64,000 bases of DNA, taken from contig OZ251518.1 of assembly GCA_965242965.1 (NCBI GenBank), positions 4,384,001 to 4,448,000 of the forward strand, written 5' to 3'. This DNA is from Candidatus Poribacteria bacterium. GTDB lineage: Bacteria; Poribacteria; WGA-4E; WGA-3G. Position 1 is the first letter of the stretch; the number at the start of each line of letters is the position of its first letter. This document shows, piece by piece, positions 19,882-29,179 of this stretch. The position numbers and the translations under genes are program-made. The notes below the pieces were generated by a model that was not told the DNA's origin, made no database searches, and saw only the letters and a program-made list of their open reading frames with translations.

Positions 19882-20649
19882 TTATTTCTTTGTGCTTTCT
19901 ATCTCCGCACGCAGGAACGCGATAATGTCGGCGATTTCCTGGTCTGACAGAATATCGGAGGCGTAGAACGGCATGAGCGAGCCGCCGCCGCGAATCTTCG
20001 CTGCCCACCGGCTCATCGTTTTGTCAATATCGCGAGGGGCCCGGGAACGAACGAGTTGCGGGCCAATCCCTGCTTTGCGAACCGTCGGGTGGCAAACAAC
20101 ACACGCGCGTCCGTAGAGTTCCCACCCTTTCGTGGTATCCCCGTCCATCGCGGCGATTTTCTCGCCAGCCGCCTTTTTGGCATCGTTATCCAGCATCTCC
20201 ATCGTGAATTGGGGCCCCTTGTTGTCGCCAGAGATGGCTTCAAAATAGGCCATGAGTGCCTCGGCGTGCTCAGCCGGAATTGCGGTAGGATTGACTTTGT
20301 CGCTGGGGACGCGCTGTAAGAAGTGTTCATAGCAGAACCCGCCGCCGCCTGCAGCGCGCGCGAAGTCGGCACCCTTAATCATTCCGCCTTTTGCCTCGCC
20401 ACGGTGTGGCACGCCGACAACGCTGTGGCCTGCACGGATGAGTCCGTCGGGCTCCGCCGCATCGTCAAAATCGGCGTGGCAGCTGGCGCAGGAAAGGCCC
20501 GTTGCCTTCTTCGGTTCAAGGGTGCCTTTAAAAGTGGCATCGTGAAACAGCTCGCGGCCGAGTTGTGCCTTTTCAGACAGTTGCGCGTGTGTGACGAGCG
20601 CGAGGCTCATCAACGCGACGCTCAGTAAAAACAAAACAAATTGACGCAT
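19882..20649 (-). CDS. Periplasmic diheme cytochrome c (SoxA/TsdA-like layout)
   Basis: Signal peptide, CASCH and CVVCH, a lone Cys in GGFCYEHF and distal SLMP. Confidence 0.8.
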   Translation of the reverse strand: MRQFVLFLLSVALMSLALVTHAQLSEKAQLGRELFHDATFKGTLEPKKATGLSCASCHADFDDAAEPDGLIRAGHSVVGVPHRGEAKGGMIKGADFARAAGGGGFCYEHFLQRVPSDKVNPTAIPAEHAEALMAYFEAISGDNKGPQFTMEMLDNDAKKAAGEKIAAMDGDTTKGWELYGRACVVCHPTVRKAGIGPQLVRSRAPRDIDKTMSRWAAKIRGGGSLMPFYASDILSDQEIADIIAFLRAEIESTKK

Positions 20650-20726
20650 CAAGAATCTCCTTTAAACTTGAAAGTCTGTTTTTCGGGAATTTTAGCATAA
20701 ACCTGAAAAAATATCAAGCACAAATT

Positions 20727-21251
20727 TCAACCTGCCGGTTCCAACACCCCAATGTAGGGTAAATTCCGATACTTTTGCGCGTAATCAAGCCCATAGCCGA
20801 CAACGAAAACATCGGGTACCTCAAATCCGCAATAATCAACGCTCACCTTGACTTCGCGTCGCGAAGGCTTATCTAGCAGCGTGCAAACCTTCACCGATTT
20901 GGGGGTGAAGAGAAGCAGATGTTCGATGAGAAATTTCAACGTATGTCCGGTGTCAACGATATCCTCGACAATCAGGATATGCTTGTTTTCAAGGTAATCG
21001 CTGCCGCCGCGGATGAGTTGCACCTGCGAAGGCTTCGTATCATCGTAGTAACTAGCGAGTTGGAGGAATTCAAAGCGGAGGGGTAACGCGGTCGCGCGCG
21101 CCAGATCAGCGTAAAACACTACCGCGCCTCTCAGCACGCCGAGTAGGACGAGCTCTTCGCCTGCGTAATCGGTGGAAATCTGCGCGCCGAGTTCGTGCAC
21201 GCGTTGCTGAATATCGGATTCTGAAATTAAGACAGCTGGTGGATTAGGCAT
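20727..21251 (-). CDS. hpt: Hypoxanthine phosphoribosyltransferase
   Basis: LIVEDIVDTG, LLDKPSRR, FVVGYGLDY..YRNLPYIG. Confidence 0.95.
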   Translation of the reverse strand: MPNPPAVLISESDIQQRVHELGAQISTDYAGEELVLLGVLRGAVVFYADLARATALPLRFEFLQLASYYDDTKPSQVQLIRGGSDYLENKHILIVEDIVDTGHTLKFLIEHLLLFTPKSVKVCTLLDKPSRREVKVSVDYCGFEVPDVFVVGYGLDYAQKYRNLPYIGVLEPAG

Positions 21252-21356
21252 TTTTGTTGTTCGCGAGGCATTGTGCAATGTGCAACATTTTTGGTGCAAT
21301 CACGGTTCATGGTTACGCGGTTTGAAACTGCGCCTACCAGGGCTATTAGGGCTATT

Positions 21357-22754
21357 CTATGTCCCTTCTGTTAATCTAACGAAGAGGTATTTCCGTGTGT
21401 GAGCGTGCAATTTCGTTGGTTCACTTGTCGTGTAACCTATCACCCACACGAGTTCATCATCGCCGCTGACGAGCAGCGGAATCCTGTCGCGTTCATATCG
21501 CGGCACTTTCGAGTCAATGAAAAAATCCTTCAGTTTTTTCGTTCCCTGCATGCCGAAAGGTTGAAATCTGTCCCCAGGCCGCCGATTGCGAACAGTCAAC
21601 GGGAACCCCTGAAGTGTCTCCCAGTCAAACGCTGCCGAAAACTTTCCATCAGGTAACGCGGGGACATTGTCCGCCGAAATATCAGCAACACTCGCTGTGA
21701 TTTCTGCATTTAAAGCGGCGATTTTCGTCTTACCGGGCACTGCGAGCGGATAGGCGAAATCTTCTGGTTCAACCGGTTTTCTCTCAAAGAGGAGGCACTG
21801 ATACGCGCGGCGGAATTGCATGCCGTTAGGAAGTGCCACTACGGCGTTCGGTGCATCGCCTTCAATTAAATCAAGAATTGCCTGACAGTGTTCAAAATAG
21901 AAATCGGTTATCTGTCCATGTATCTCGGCGATGCAGTGCCTTAGCATCCGCCGTTGCACTGCGACGTGATACTTTCGGAATTGCGTCCTATCCAATCTGA
22001 TGATGTCCTCAGCCTCACCCTGCCGGCACGTTTGGCATTTCTCAAACGCTTCGCGCGCTACGGAGTCAAGGTATTCCGATTCTGCACTGAGCACCTCAGC
22101 CGTTCGGTTTAATCCGATTCTGATGTTCGGATTATAGTCGCGTTCTAACAGCGGCAGCAACTCGTGGCGGATGCGGTTCCGGAGATAGCGCGTATCGGTA
22201 TTCGTCGTATCGTGTCGCGGTGCAAGGTTCATGCCCGCGAGGAATGCCTCGATTTCTTGACGAGTGAAACCCGCAAAAGGTCTGACGAATCTGTCCTCCC
22301 TGACAGGAAGGATACCTTTGAGTCCAGTGACACCGCTTCCCCGTATGAGGTGCATCAAAACGGTTTCGGCGATGTCGTCCTGATGGTGCCCGAGTGCGAT
22401 TTTGGTAGCACCGATGCGTTCGGCGACATCTTCATAAAACCGATACCGCGCGGCGCGTCCTGTCGCTTCCGATGGAATTGGTAATTCTACCTTGGCCAGA
22501 GAAAACGGTATATTGAGGCGCGCCGTGTGTTGTCGGACAAACTCGGCATCGGCATCAGCATCGGGACGGAGGCAGTGATTGAGGTGCGCGACGTGAAGGT
22601 GGCACTCTAATTTTGCGCGGAGGGCATGCAACCCGTAAAGCAAGGCGAGTGAATCGGCACCGCCTGAGACAGCAACTAGCACCGTTTCACCTGTCTCTAT
22701 CATGGTGTGTTGGGAGATGAAGCGGTGCAGTTGCTGCAAAAAATGGGATGTCAT
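21357..22754 (-). CDS. tilS: tRNA(Ile)-lysidine synthetase
   Basis: VAVSGGADS PP-loop, GHHQDD.AET, RNRIRH, GTKKLKDFFID; precedes hpt. Start moved to ATG 22754, below the tRNA. Confidence 0.93.
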   Translation of the reverse strand: MTSHFLQQLHRFISQHTMIETGETVLVAVSGGADSLALLYGLHALRAKLECHLHVAHLNHCLRPDADADAEFVRQHTARLNIPFSLAKVELPIPSEATGRAARYRFYEDVAERIGATKIALGHHQDDIAETVLMHLIRGSGVTGLKGILPVREDRFVRPFAGFTRQEIEAFLAGMNLAPRHDTTNTDTRYLRNRIRHELLPLLERDYNPNIRIGLNRTAEVLSAESEYLDSVAREAFEKCQTCRQGEAEDIIRLDRTQFRKYHVAVQRRMLRHCIAEIHGQITDFYFEHCQAILDLIEGDAPNAVVALPNGMQFRRAYQCLLFERKPVEPEDFAYPLAVPGKTKIAALNAEITASVADISADNVPALPDGKFSAAFDWETLQGFPLTVRNRRPGDRFQPFGMQGTKKLKDFFIDSKVPRYERDRIPLLVSGDDELVWVIGYTTSEPTKLHAHTRKYLFVRLTEGT

Positions 22755-22778
22755 GAGGTGCGTCTCGGTGAGGGATGA

Positions 22779-22850
22779 TGCCGGTGCGGAGAGTCGAACT
22801 CCGGACAATACGATTATGAGTCGTATGCTCTACCACTGAGCTACACCGGC
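22779..22850 (-). tRNA. tRNA with CAT anticodon (Ile2 or elongator Met)
   Basis: GCCGGTG/CACCGGC acceptor stem, TAGCTCAGTGGTAGAGC D arm, TACGA-CTCATAA-TCGTA anticodon arm, GTTCGAC T loop; CCA not encoded. Confidence 0.92.
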
Positions 22851-22893
22851 AAAAATCGCGGAATCCCGCGCTATTATCGGCAATCTACATTTA

Positions 22894-22922
22894 ATTATAC
22901 CACAGATTTGCTAAAAAGTCAA
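22894..22922 (-). promoter_or_regulatory. sigma70-type promoter for tRNA(CAU)-tilS-hpt
   Basis: TTGACT-17 bp-TATAAT with extended TG. Confidence 0.7.
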
Positions 22923-23107
22923 ATCTTTTTTAATTTTTCTTCGATTTCTAGTTGCGCGCCCTTCAGTTTCAAACAGAACCAATCAACGTTAACTTCTATT
23001 TTACCTTAACGCAATTTGTTTGTCAAGGATTTTTGAACAAAGCGAGATAAAAACTTACTGAAAACAACACAGGGCTGTCTTTCTGGCAGCCACTGAACGA
23101 TAATGCA

Positions 23108-25336
23108 TTAATGCGGGGGTTGAGCGGGACGCGCGCCGATGCCCATCCTAATCGCAGGAAGCACAGTATCCGAAATATCAACGGAATAATCAAAAATTGT
23201 CCAGCCTGAAGCCCCTAAAAAACGAGCTAGGTAAATCTGTCCGACGACAGCATCCGCCGTAAGAAGGGAATTGGTGGCGGTAGCACCGATACCGGGGTAA
23301 ATCGTAAACCCTTTGGGAAGGAGGGCAAGTTGGTTCTCTAACAAATCGGTGAAGTAGGTAGTATCCTCGGTGTAGTTCATCGGGCAGACGAAATCGAGAT
23401 AGCCTGCCTTCGCCCAGGCAACCCAGTCTTGTCCGATAGAAGTGACGCAGGCAGGATAGCCGCCGAACACAGCGGCGGAGATTTTGATGTCCGGTTTGAG
23501 TTCACGGGCGCGTTTATGGAGCAGCCGCACGAGGCGGGTTATCTGCTGCACGCGCCATTCAGTATACGCGTTCCTCAAAAATCGAGACCGGGAGGGCTCT
23601 CCTACGGTTTTTCGTGACTGGGAGGGCTCTCCTACCGAAATTCCCTTCGGTAAGACAGATGCGGGCCAGTCGTCAATCTCCGTTTTTGTAGCCAAAACAA
23701 ATCGCTTCCGACATTCTTCGCAATAGCAGGCGTGCGCGCCAGGATAACGGATATAATCCAACTGAACGCCGTCAACATCGTAGTTCTCCACGATTTCCAA
23801 GAGGACATTGAGTTCTAGTTTCACGTTTTCGGGATGCGAGGGGCAGAGCCAGTTGAGCGGTTCGCCGGTTGCGGAGACTTGCGTTCTCCCCGCCGCTCGC
23901 ATTTTTTCGATGAATTCTTTCGGCGCGTCCTCCAAATTCCACGTAATCTTCCAGATATGCACCTCTAACCCGTGCTGGCGCGCCGCTTGAACGCACTGTT
24001 CAACCTGGTCTCCGTAGCGTGTGAACGTTTCACTGGACGGGAGAAACGCGCTTGGATAATGCGCTACCCCCGCCCATGCCATGTTTGGAATGAGCATGTT
24101 TACCCCGGCATCGGCTAATTCCTTTGCGGAACGTTCCCAATCCCCCGGATACGCGCCGAGCCCGGAGTGATTCCAGACAGCGCGTCCCTCCCTTAACCCA
24201 CTTTTTCCCGTATTGCGAGGGCCTGTCCCTCGCAATGCCCCGACCCCACTTTGCATCGTAGTGCGAGGGCCTGTCCCTCGCAATTCGTCAACTGCAATGT
24301 TTGTATGCGACAGGAAGTATGCTTCTGAAAGCGCGGCGCGCCCAGCACGCGCCGTGGAAATTACCTCGTTGTATGCTTCGCGAGCATACGCGGCACGCGC
24401 CTGCTCTACCAAATCGTGTCCGGTTCGCAACGCCGCAATCGCATCAGAATTCATGCTTTGTTCGACAAACTTCGCCAACGCTTCGTGATGCTGCGTATGT
24501 CCAATCTTTGACGTATCATCTAACGCCTTTTTTGCGATGGCGCGCCGAAATTCGGGAACGAGATGTCCCAACAGCGCGGCGAGCAGCAGTTTCTTCCGTT
24601 GGATATCGTCTGGCAAAAAGACGTGGCTGAAGAATGCCCCCGATTCACCCAGCAAGAGTGCTGGCAAACCGGTGTTTTCACCCTTCGCGTTATACCAGTA
24701 ACCGATGACTTTCGTTTGTGGTGCCGTCGGTTCCGCGACTGTGATGTTCCACGATGCCTGTCGGACAGATGCGGGCATTCCCTGCACTGCAGGCGCGTTC
24801 AGGTGAATGGATGCAAACTGACCGGGGTGTTCCTCACGCAGCCAATGCGTCTGCCGGAGTTGAAGCAGCTGTGCCACCTCCTCTGCCAGACTATACGTCA
24901 CCAACAGTTTGCCGCCGCTAGCGACAAAATCTTTCAGGTATGCCGCCGTTTGTAGCGATACCGCCGCGTTCATCGGCAGAATGAGCAACCGCTTTTGAAC
25001 CGTAGCGCGAGGGGTTGTCCCTCGCGCGCTTTCCTTAATAAGTGCCGCTTCCTCAATCGTATCCGCCGCAAGCCCGATGCCCTCCAGCATCCGAGTTAGC
25101 CGTTTGCTCGTCGAACGCGCGTAGCCGACATCGGCTTGTTTCACGCCATCACCAGCAGTCGGTAAGATAATCCCGAGCTCGGCTGGTGCCGCTGATGCGA
25201 GCGTGAACGCGCCTACCCCATAAAACAAGGCACAGATGAGAATTAGCAAATAGAGCCGCAGAAACCGCCGCCGAGATTTGCGGCAACTCCAGAGTGCCCA
25301 AGACACCGTATTTTCAGGTAACCATACAGATAACAT
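23108..25336 (-). CDS. Glycoside hydrolase-like (GHL10/DUF187) protein carrying in-frame REP insertions
   Basis: EGRAVW, GLEVHIW, WLCPSHPE, YDVDGVQLDYIRYP, QDW..W..GYLDFVCPMNY; start after AGGAGG. Confidence 0.82.
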   Translation of the reverse strand: MLSVWLPENTVSWALWSCRKSRRRFLRLYLLILICALFYGVGAFTLASAAPAELGIILPTAGDGVKQADVGYARSTSKRLTRMLEGIGLAADTIEEAALIKESARGTTPRATVQKRLLILPMNAAVSLQTAAYLKDFVASGGKLLVTYSLAEEVAQLLQLRQTHWLREEHPGQFASIHLNAPAVQGMPASVRQASWNITVAEPTAPQTKVIGYWYNAKGENTGLPALLLGESGAFFSHVFLPDDIQRKKLLLAALLGHLVPEFRRAIAKKALDDTSKIGHTQHHEALAKFVEQSMNSDAIAALRTGHDLVEQARAAYAREAYNEVISTARAGRAALSEAYFLSHTNIAVDELRGTGPRTTMQSGVGALRGTGPRNTGKSGLREGRAVWNHSGLGAYPGDWERSAKELADAGVNMLIPNMAWAGVAHYPSAFLPSSETFTRYGDQVEQCVQAARQHGLEVHIWKITWNLEDAPKEFIEKMRAAGRTQVSATGEPLNWLCPSHPENVKLELNVLLEIVENYDVDGVQLDYIRYPGAHACYCEECRKRFVLATKTEIDDWPASVLPKGISVGEPSQSRKTVGEPSRSRFLRNAYTEWRVQQITRLVRLLHKRARELKPDIKISAAVFGGYPACVTSIGQDWVAWAKAGYLDFVCPMNYTEDTTYFTDLLENQLALLPKGFTIYPGIGATATNSLLTADAVVGQIYLARFLGASGWTIFDYSVDISDTVLPAIRMGIGARPAQPPH

Positions 25337-25361
25337 GACGAATTCCTCCTTTGCAGACAAT

Positions 25362-26792
25362 TTATCGCCGCTCCGCAAGGGGCTCCCCGGGTTTTTTACC
25401 GAGAAACTTGTCAATGCCTAGGGCGATAGCACCTGCGATTTTCTGCTGATAGGCAGCAGACATGAGGTTTTTCCCTTCCGTTGGGTTAGATATAAATCCC
25501 GTTTCGACCAGGATAGCCGGCACACTCGTGCCGATAAGCACGACAAAGCGCGCGTGTTTCACACCCCTGTCTACTGCCCCGGTCGCGCGAATCAATTCTT
25601 TCTGCACCGCCGTCGCAAGCCGCTGACTGTCCGCGCTTTTACTTTCCTGCACTAATCCCTTAAGCAGCGTGTTCAGTTCTTGGATGCTGTAGCCGGAGTC
25701 GGCGTTCTCGCGTGCCGCGATGCCCTCCGCGGCTTTATCCGTGCTGGCGACATCCAAATAGTAGGTTTCAATACCGTTCGCTTTGCTATTTTTATTCGCA
25801 TTGGCGTGGATGCTGATAAACAGATCTGCCCTATTTTGCGTTGCGAACTGCGTCCGGCCCTTCAACGCAATGAACGTGTTGTCCTCGCGGGTGAGTAGCA
25901 CCTTATAGCCTTTCGCTGTGAGTTTCTCGCGAAGCTTCTTGGCGATACTCAACACGACGATTTTCTCTTGCCGTTCGCCTGCGCCGAGTGCACCCGGGTC
26001 TTTGCCACCGTGTCCTGCGTCAATCACGATTGTCTTGGCTGTCAACCCGAACTGGCGCGTGAGCGTTTCTGGGGCGACTCTGCGCAATGCAGGAGCGTTC
26101 TTTTTCACCGTTGATGCCTTAGGTGCTTTCGCTTTTTGGACGCGTGGCGGTGCCGCAACCCGCTTATCCGCCGGAGCGCGAGAACCTGTCCCTCGTGCTT
26201 CTGGCTTAAGTCCCTGCATCTCTTCCGAAGCCGCCGCCACAATCTCCTCTTTTTTCGCACCTGCAACGAGGTTTTTGTATAAACTTTCGGCGCGGGTGGC
26301 GTAACCCTGTTTTGCATAGGCGCGCGCCAATGCCAACTGCGCATCTTCGGCGACATCCGAATCGGCGTAGCGGTTCATCACCAACTGATACTGCGTGATT
26401 GCCTGATATGTGTCGTCAATGTGTGCATAACAACGGCCTTGCCAATAATGCGCGTGTGGCACGTGTGGCGAATCGGAATAGTCATTCGCCAATTGTTCTA
26501 ACGCCGCAATCGCTTGCTGCGGTGCTGCCGTGTCCCCTGCTTTGACACACCACACGTAGGAAGATGCGATGGCGTATTGTGCGTCATCTGCGAATTCGCC
26601 TTGTGCATCCGTTTCAATGATGCGCTCAAAGTCAGCGATCAGCGCGTGCCATTCCGCGGGTGTTGCAGGCTTTTCGCCGCTAGCGTAAGCGTAATGCCTC
26701 GCCGAAGCCTGTTGATAACCAGTCCTGCTCGCGCACCCTGCGCAAAATATCGCCAAGGCGAGGATGACGATACATGGATAACTTAGTCTCAT
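25362..26792 (-). CDS. TPR lipoprotein fused to N-acetylmuramoyl-L-alanine amidase (Amidase_3)
   Basis: Lipobox CAGC, TPR-like helices, IDAGHGGKDPGA, FISIHAN, ILVETGFISN. Confidence 0.9.
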   Translation of the reverse strand: MRLSYPCIVILALAIFCAGCASRTGYQQASARHYAYASGEKPATPAEWHALIADFERIIETDAQGEFADDAQYAIASSYVWCVKAGDTAAPQQAIAALEQLANDYSDSPHVPHAHYWQGRCYAHIDDTYQAITQYQLVMNRYADSDVAEDAQLALARAYAKQGYATRAESLYKNLVAGAKKEEIVAAASEEMQGLKPEARGTGSRAPADKRVAAPPRVQKAKAPKASTVKKNAPALRRVAPETLTRQFGLTAKTIVIDAGHGGKDPGALGAGERQEKIVVLSIAKKLREKLTAKGYKVLLTREDNTFIALKGRTQFATQNRADLFISIHANANKNSKANGIETYYLDVASTDKAAEGIAARENADSGYSIQELNTLLKGLVQESKSADSQRLATAVQKELIRATGAVDRGVKHARFVVLIGTSVPAILVETGFISNPTEGKNLMSAAYQQKIAGAIALGIDKFLGKKPGEPLAERR

Positions 26793-26928
26793 CGTCTTTT
26801 TTCCTCTCTTTCATAAGGTTTGACATGCAATAAAACGTGAGATGTGGGTTTTTCGTTACTAAAAATCGGCAATCCGGGTCCAAAATGCTCCTAGTCCACT
26901 GATTTTTGAGTTAATGAGTGAATTATTT

Positions 26929-27420
26929 GAGGGGGTTTCGTAAATCGCTTAACGTTGCGGTGACAGGCCCCGCGCTCCGGAAAAAAACGCCTCTCCTTCA
27001 CGTAGGGCGAGGGCCCTCGGATGCCACACGCGCATCCGAGCGGGTTCCCCTCGCCATGCGTTTTGCTAGCAGACCTCGTCACCCCTGTAGGGCAGGATCG
27101 CCTGATCCTGACCCGTTCGGGAGCGGGCGCTCCCGAACTACAGATGGGAAACACACATCGTGACGATGGAGATCGCGGGGGACAGGCCCCCGCGCTACGA
27201 TAAAAAACGCCTCCCCCTCGCCAGCGTGCGCGCTACGATGAAAAAACGGTTCTTAGGTCCTAACGAACCTAAACGCCACCACTTGACGATGGAGATCGCG
27301 GGGGACAGGCCCCTGCGCTACGGGAAAAATCGAGACCGGGAGGTCTCTCCTACCGGGGAAACGGAATCGCTCGGGGTCTTACGAAACCCTTTTGACAACA
27401 ACGAGTTAGGAAACACCCTC
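26929..27420. mobile_element. MITE-like element (492 bp) with REP cargo
   Basis: Ends GAGGGGGTTTCGTAA and TTAGGAAACACCCTC, flanked by an exact AATTATTT direct repeat (26921-26928 and 27421-27428). Confidence 0.8.
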
Positions 27421-27501
27421 AATTATTTGTTGATTTTAATGTCGTAGATGTGTTATCATTATTTATCGGTTAGGGAAAATTCAATTTTGTAAGGAAGATC
27501 A

Positions 27502-28206
27502 ATGAAACTCACACCTCAAGAAGTCCAACTTTTTCGCCACAACGGGTTTATTAAATTCCCGACGCGCCTGCCGATAGCGCAGGTTGAAGCACTTAAAGCG
27601 GCGGCGTTGAAGGACATGTCAGAAGCCGTTGAGCCTGTCGCGAGACAAGACGGCCGGATTATCCGTATCTCCGCAATCTGGGAACGCGGCGGCATCTTCC
27701 GAGAGACGATAACCTGCGATGAAATCCTTGAGCCGCTGGCATCGCTCTTGGGCGCGAATATAGAATACGTGCTGAATCGCCACAACCACATTTATCTGCG
27801 AGATGCAGGTTCTAGCCATTCGCTTGAGTTGCATCGCGATGTGCGCCACTGGAGCCGGACGATTGCAACGGTGCTTGTCTATCTGGAAGACACGCATTTA
27901 GAGAACGGTTGCACGCGCGTAGTTCCCGGTTCGCACCATCTCCCCGCGTTCGCCGATTTAAAAGACGATGCGCTTCGGCAGGTTGCCGCAAGCCAAGCCA
28001 TTCCGTTACCGATGCCGGCAGGCGGGCTACTCGCTATTGACAGTATGATAATCCACGCCGCGGGTGTCAATCACACCGATGGCACGCGGATGAGCATGAC
28101 GTTGGGGTATCACAGCGCAGATGAACTCGCGCCGGCGGATAACCCGAAGAAGGTGCTGGTTCGGGGTGAACGGCCGTATCGCGGCAATGACGCGCCGCGG
28201 AGGTAG
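27502..28206 (+). CDS. Phytanoyl-CoA dioxygenase (PhyH) family protein
   Basis: LHRD (HxD), ENGCTRVVPGSH, IIHAAGVN..R motifs. Confidence 0.9.
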   Translation: MKLTPQEVQLFRHNGFIKFPTRLPIAQVEALKAAALKDMSEAVEPVARQDGRIIRISAIWERGGIFRETITCDEILEPLASLLGANIEYVLNRHNHIYLRDAGSSHSLELHRDVRHWSRTIATVLVYLEDTHLENGCTRVVPGSHHLPAFADLKDDALRQVAASQAIPLPMPAGGLLAIDSMIIHAAGVNHTDGTRMSMTLGYHSADELAPADNPKKVLVRGERPYRGNDAPRR

Positions 28207-28339
28207 GAGAGACCTCCCGGTCTCGATGCTAAATCTGCAGAAAATCGTTATCGGGACAAGGATGTCCCTCCTACTGAATGAGAAAAATCGTTTTTTTTGA
28301 GAAAATAGACCGTTTTTTTGAAAAAAATGTGATTTTGAC

Positions 28340-28368
28340 TTGACAAACGCAAAATTTTGTGGTATACT
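28340..28368 (+). promoter_or_regulatory. sigma70-type promoter of the tRNA cluster
   Basis: TTGACA-17 bp-TATACT with extended TG, preceded by A/T tracts. Confidence 0.75.
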
Positions 28369-28408
28369 ATATAACGTCTTTGAGAGAAGTGCGTTTTCGC
28401 ATTATTTC

Positions 28409-28482
28409 GGGCGGGTAGCTCAGGTGGCTAGAGCGACAGCCTTACAAGCTGTAGGCCACAGGTTCAAGTCCTGTCCCGCCTA
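28409..28482 (+). tRNA. tRNA-Val(TAC)
   Basis: GGGCGGG/CCCGCCT acceptor stem, ACAGC-CTTACAA-GCTGT anticodon arm, GTTCAAG T loop. Confidence 0.93.
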
Positions 28483-28490
28483 TGTATTAG

Positions 28491-28566
28491 GGGCTCGTGG
28501 CGCAGTTTGGTTTAGCGCGCCTGCCTGTCACGCAGGAGGTCGCGGGTTCAAGTCCCGTCGGGCCCG
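28491..28566 (+). tRNA. tRNA-Asp(GTC)
   Basis: GGGCTCG/CGGGCCC acceptor stem, CCTGC-CTGTCAC-GCAGG anticodon arm, G discriminator. Confidence 0.94.
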
Positions 28567-28639
28567 TTTTCTTTTCTTAAACACATCCAGTAGGCGTGCT
28601 TTCAAACCGCGCCTACCGGTAAACTTAACTATGTCTTGA

Positions 28640-28715
28640 GGGCTCGTGGCGCAGTTTGGTTTAGCGCGCCTGCCTGTCACGCAGGAGGTCGCGGGTTCAA
28701 GTCCCGTCGGGCCCG
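28640..28715 (+). tRNA. tRNA-Asp(GTC), second identical copy
   Basis: Identical to 28491-28566. Confidence 0.94.
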
Positions 28716-28789
28716 TCTTTCATGAGACGACGAAATGAGCCACAGATTGTTTCTACACAATGCTGTGGCTTTTTCGTTACAATTAAAAT

Positions 28790-29054
28790 GAGGGTGTTTC
28801 ATAATTCGTTCAACGTCGCGGTGACAGGCCCCTGCTACGGTGAAAAAACGCCGCCCCTTCACGTAGGGCGAGGGCCTGTCCCTCGCCATGCTTTTGGCTG
28901 GCAGACCGCATCACTCCTGTAGGTCAGGATCGCCTGATCCTGACCCGTTCGGGAGCGGGTGCTCCCGAACTACAGAGGTGGGCCCGATGCCTGCCGGTAT
29001 TCGTCCGCCCTCCAAGGCGGGATAAATACCGAAACGGAGTTATGAAACACCCTC
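28790..29054. mobile_element. MITE-like element (265 bp) with REP cargo
   Basis: Perfect 15-bp TIRs GAGGGTGTTTCATAA/TTATGAAACACCCTC; flanks AATTAAAAT and AATTAAAAC. Confidence 0.82.
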
Positions 29055-29179
29055 AATTAAAACGGGCATGTTGAGGGACAGGCCCTCAACCTACGTGCTC
29101 ATGTGGTTAAGTGCTGATGTTTCGTCACGGGCGCGAAAGTCCCAGCAGGCGCGATAAAAAACAGAGGAGATAAATACCC

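Noticed and set aside
22755-22808. N-terminal extension of the tilS ORF, and ORF 28340-28639
   Set aside because: Both overlap clear tRNA genes.
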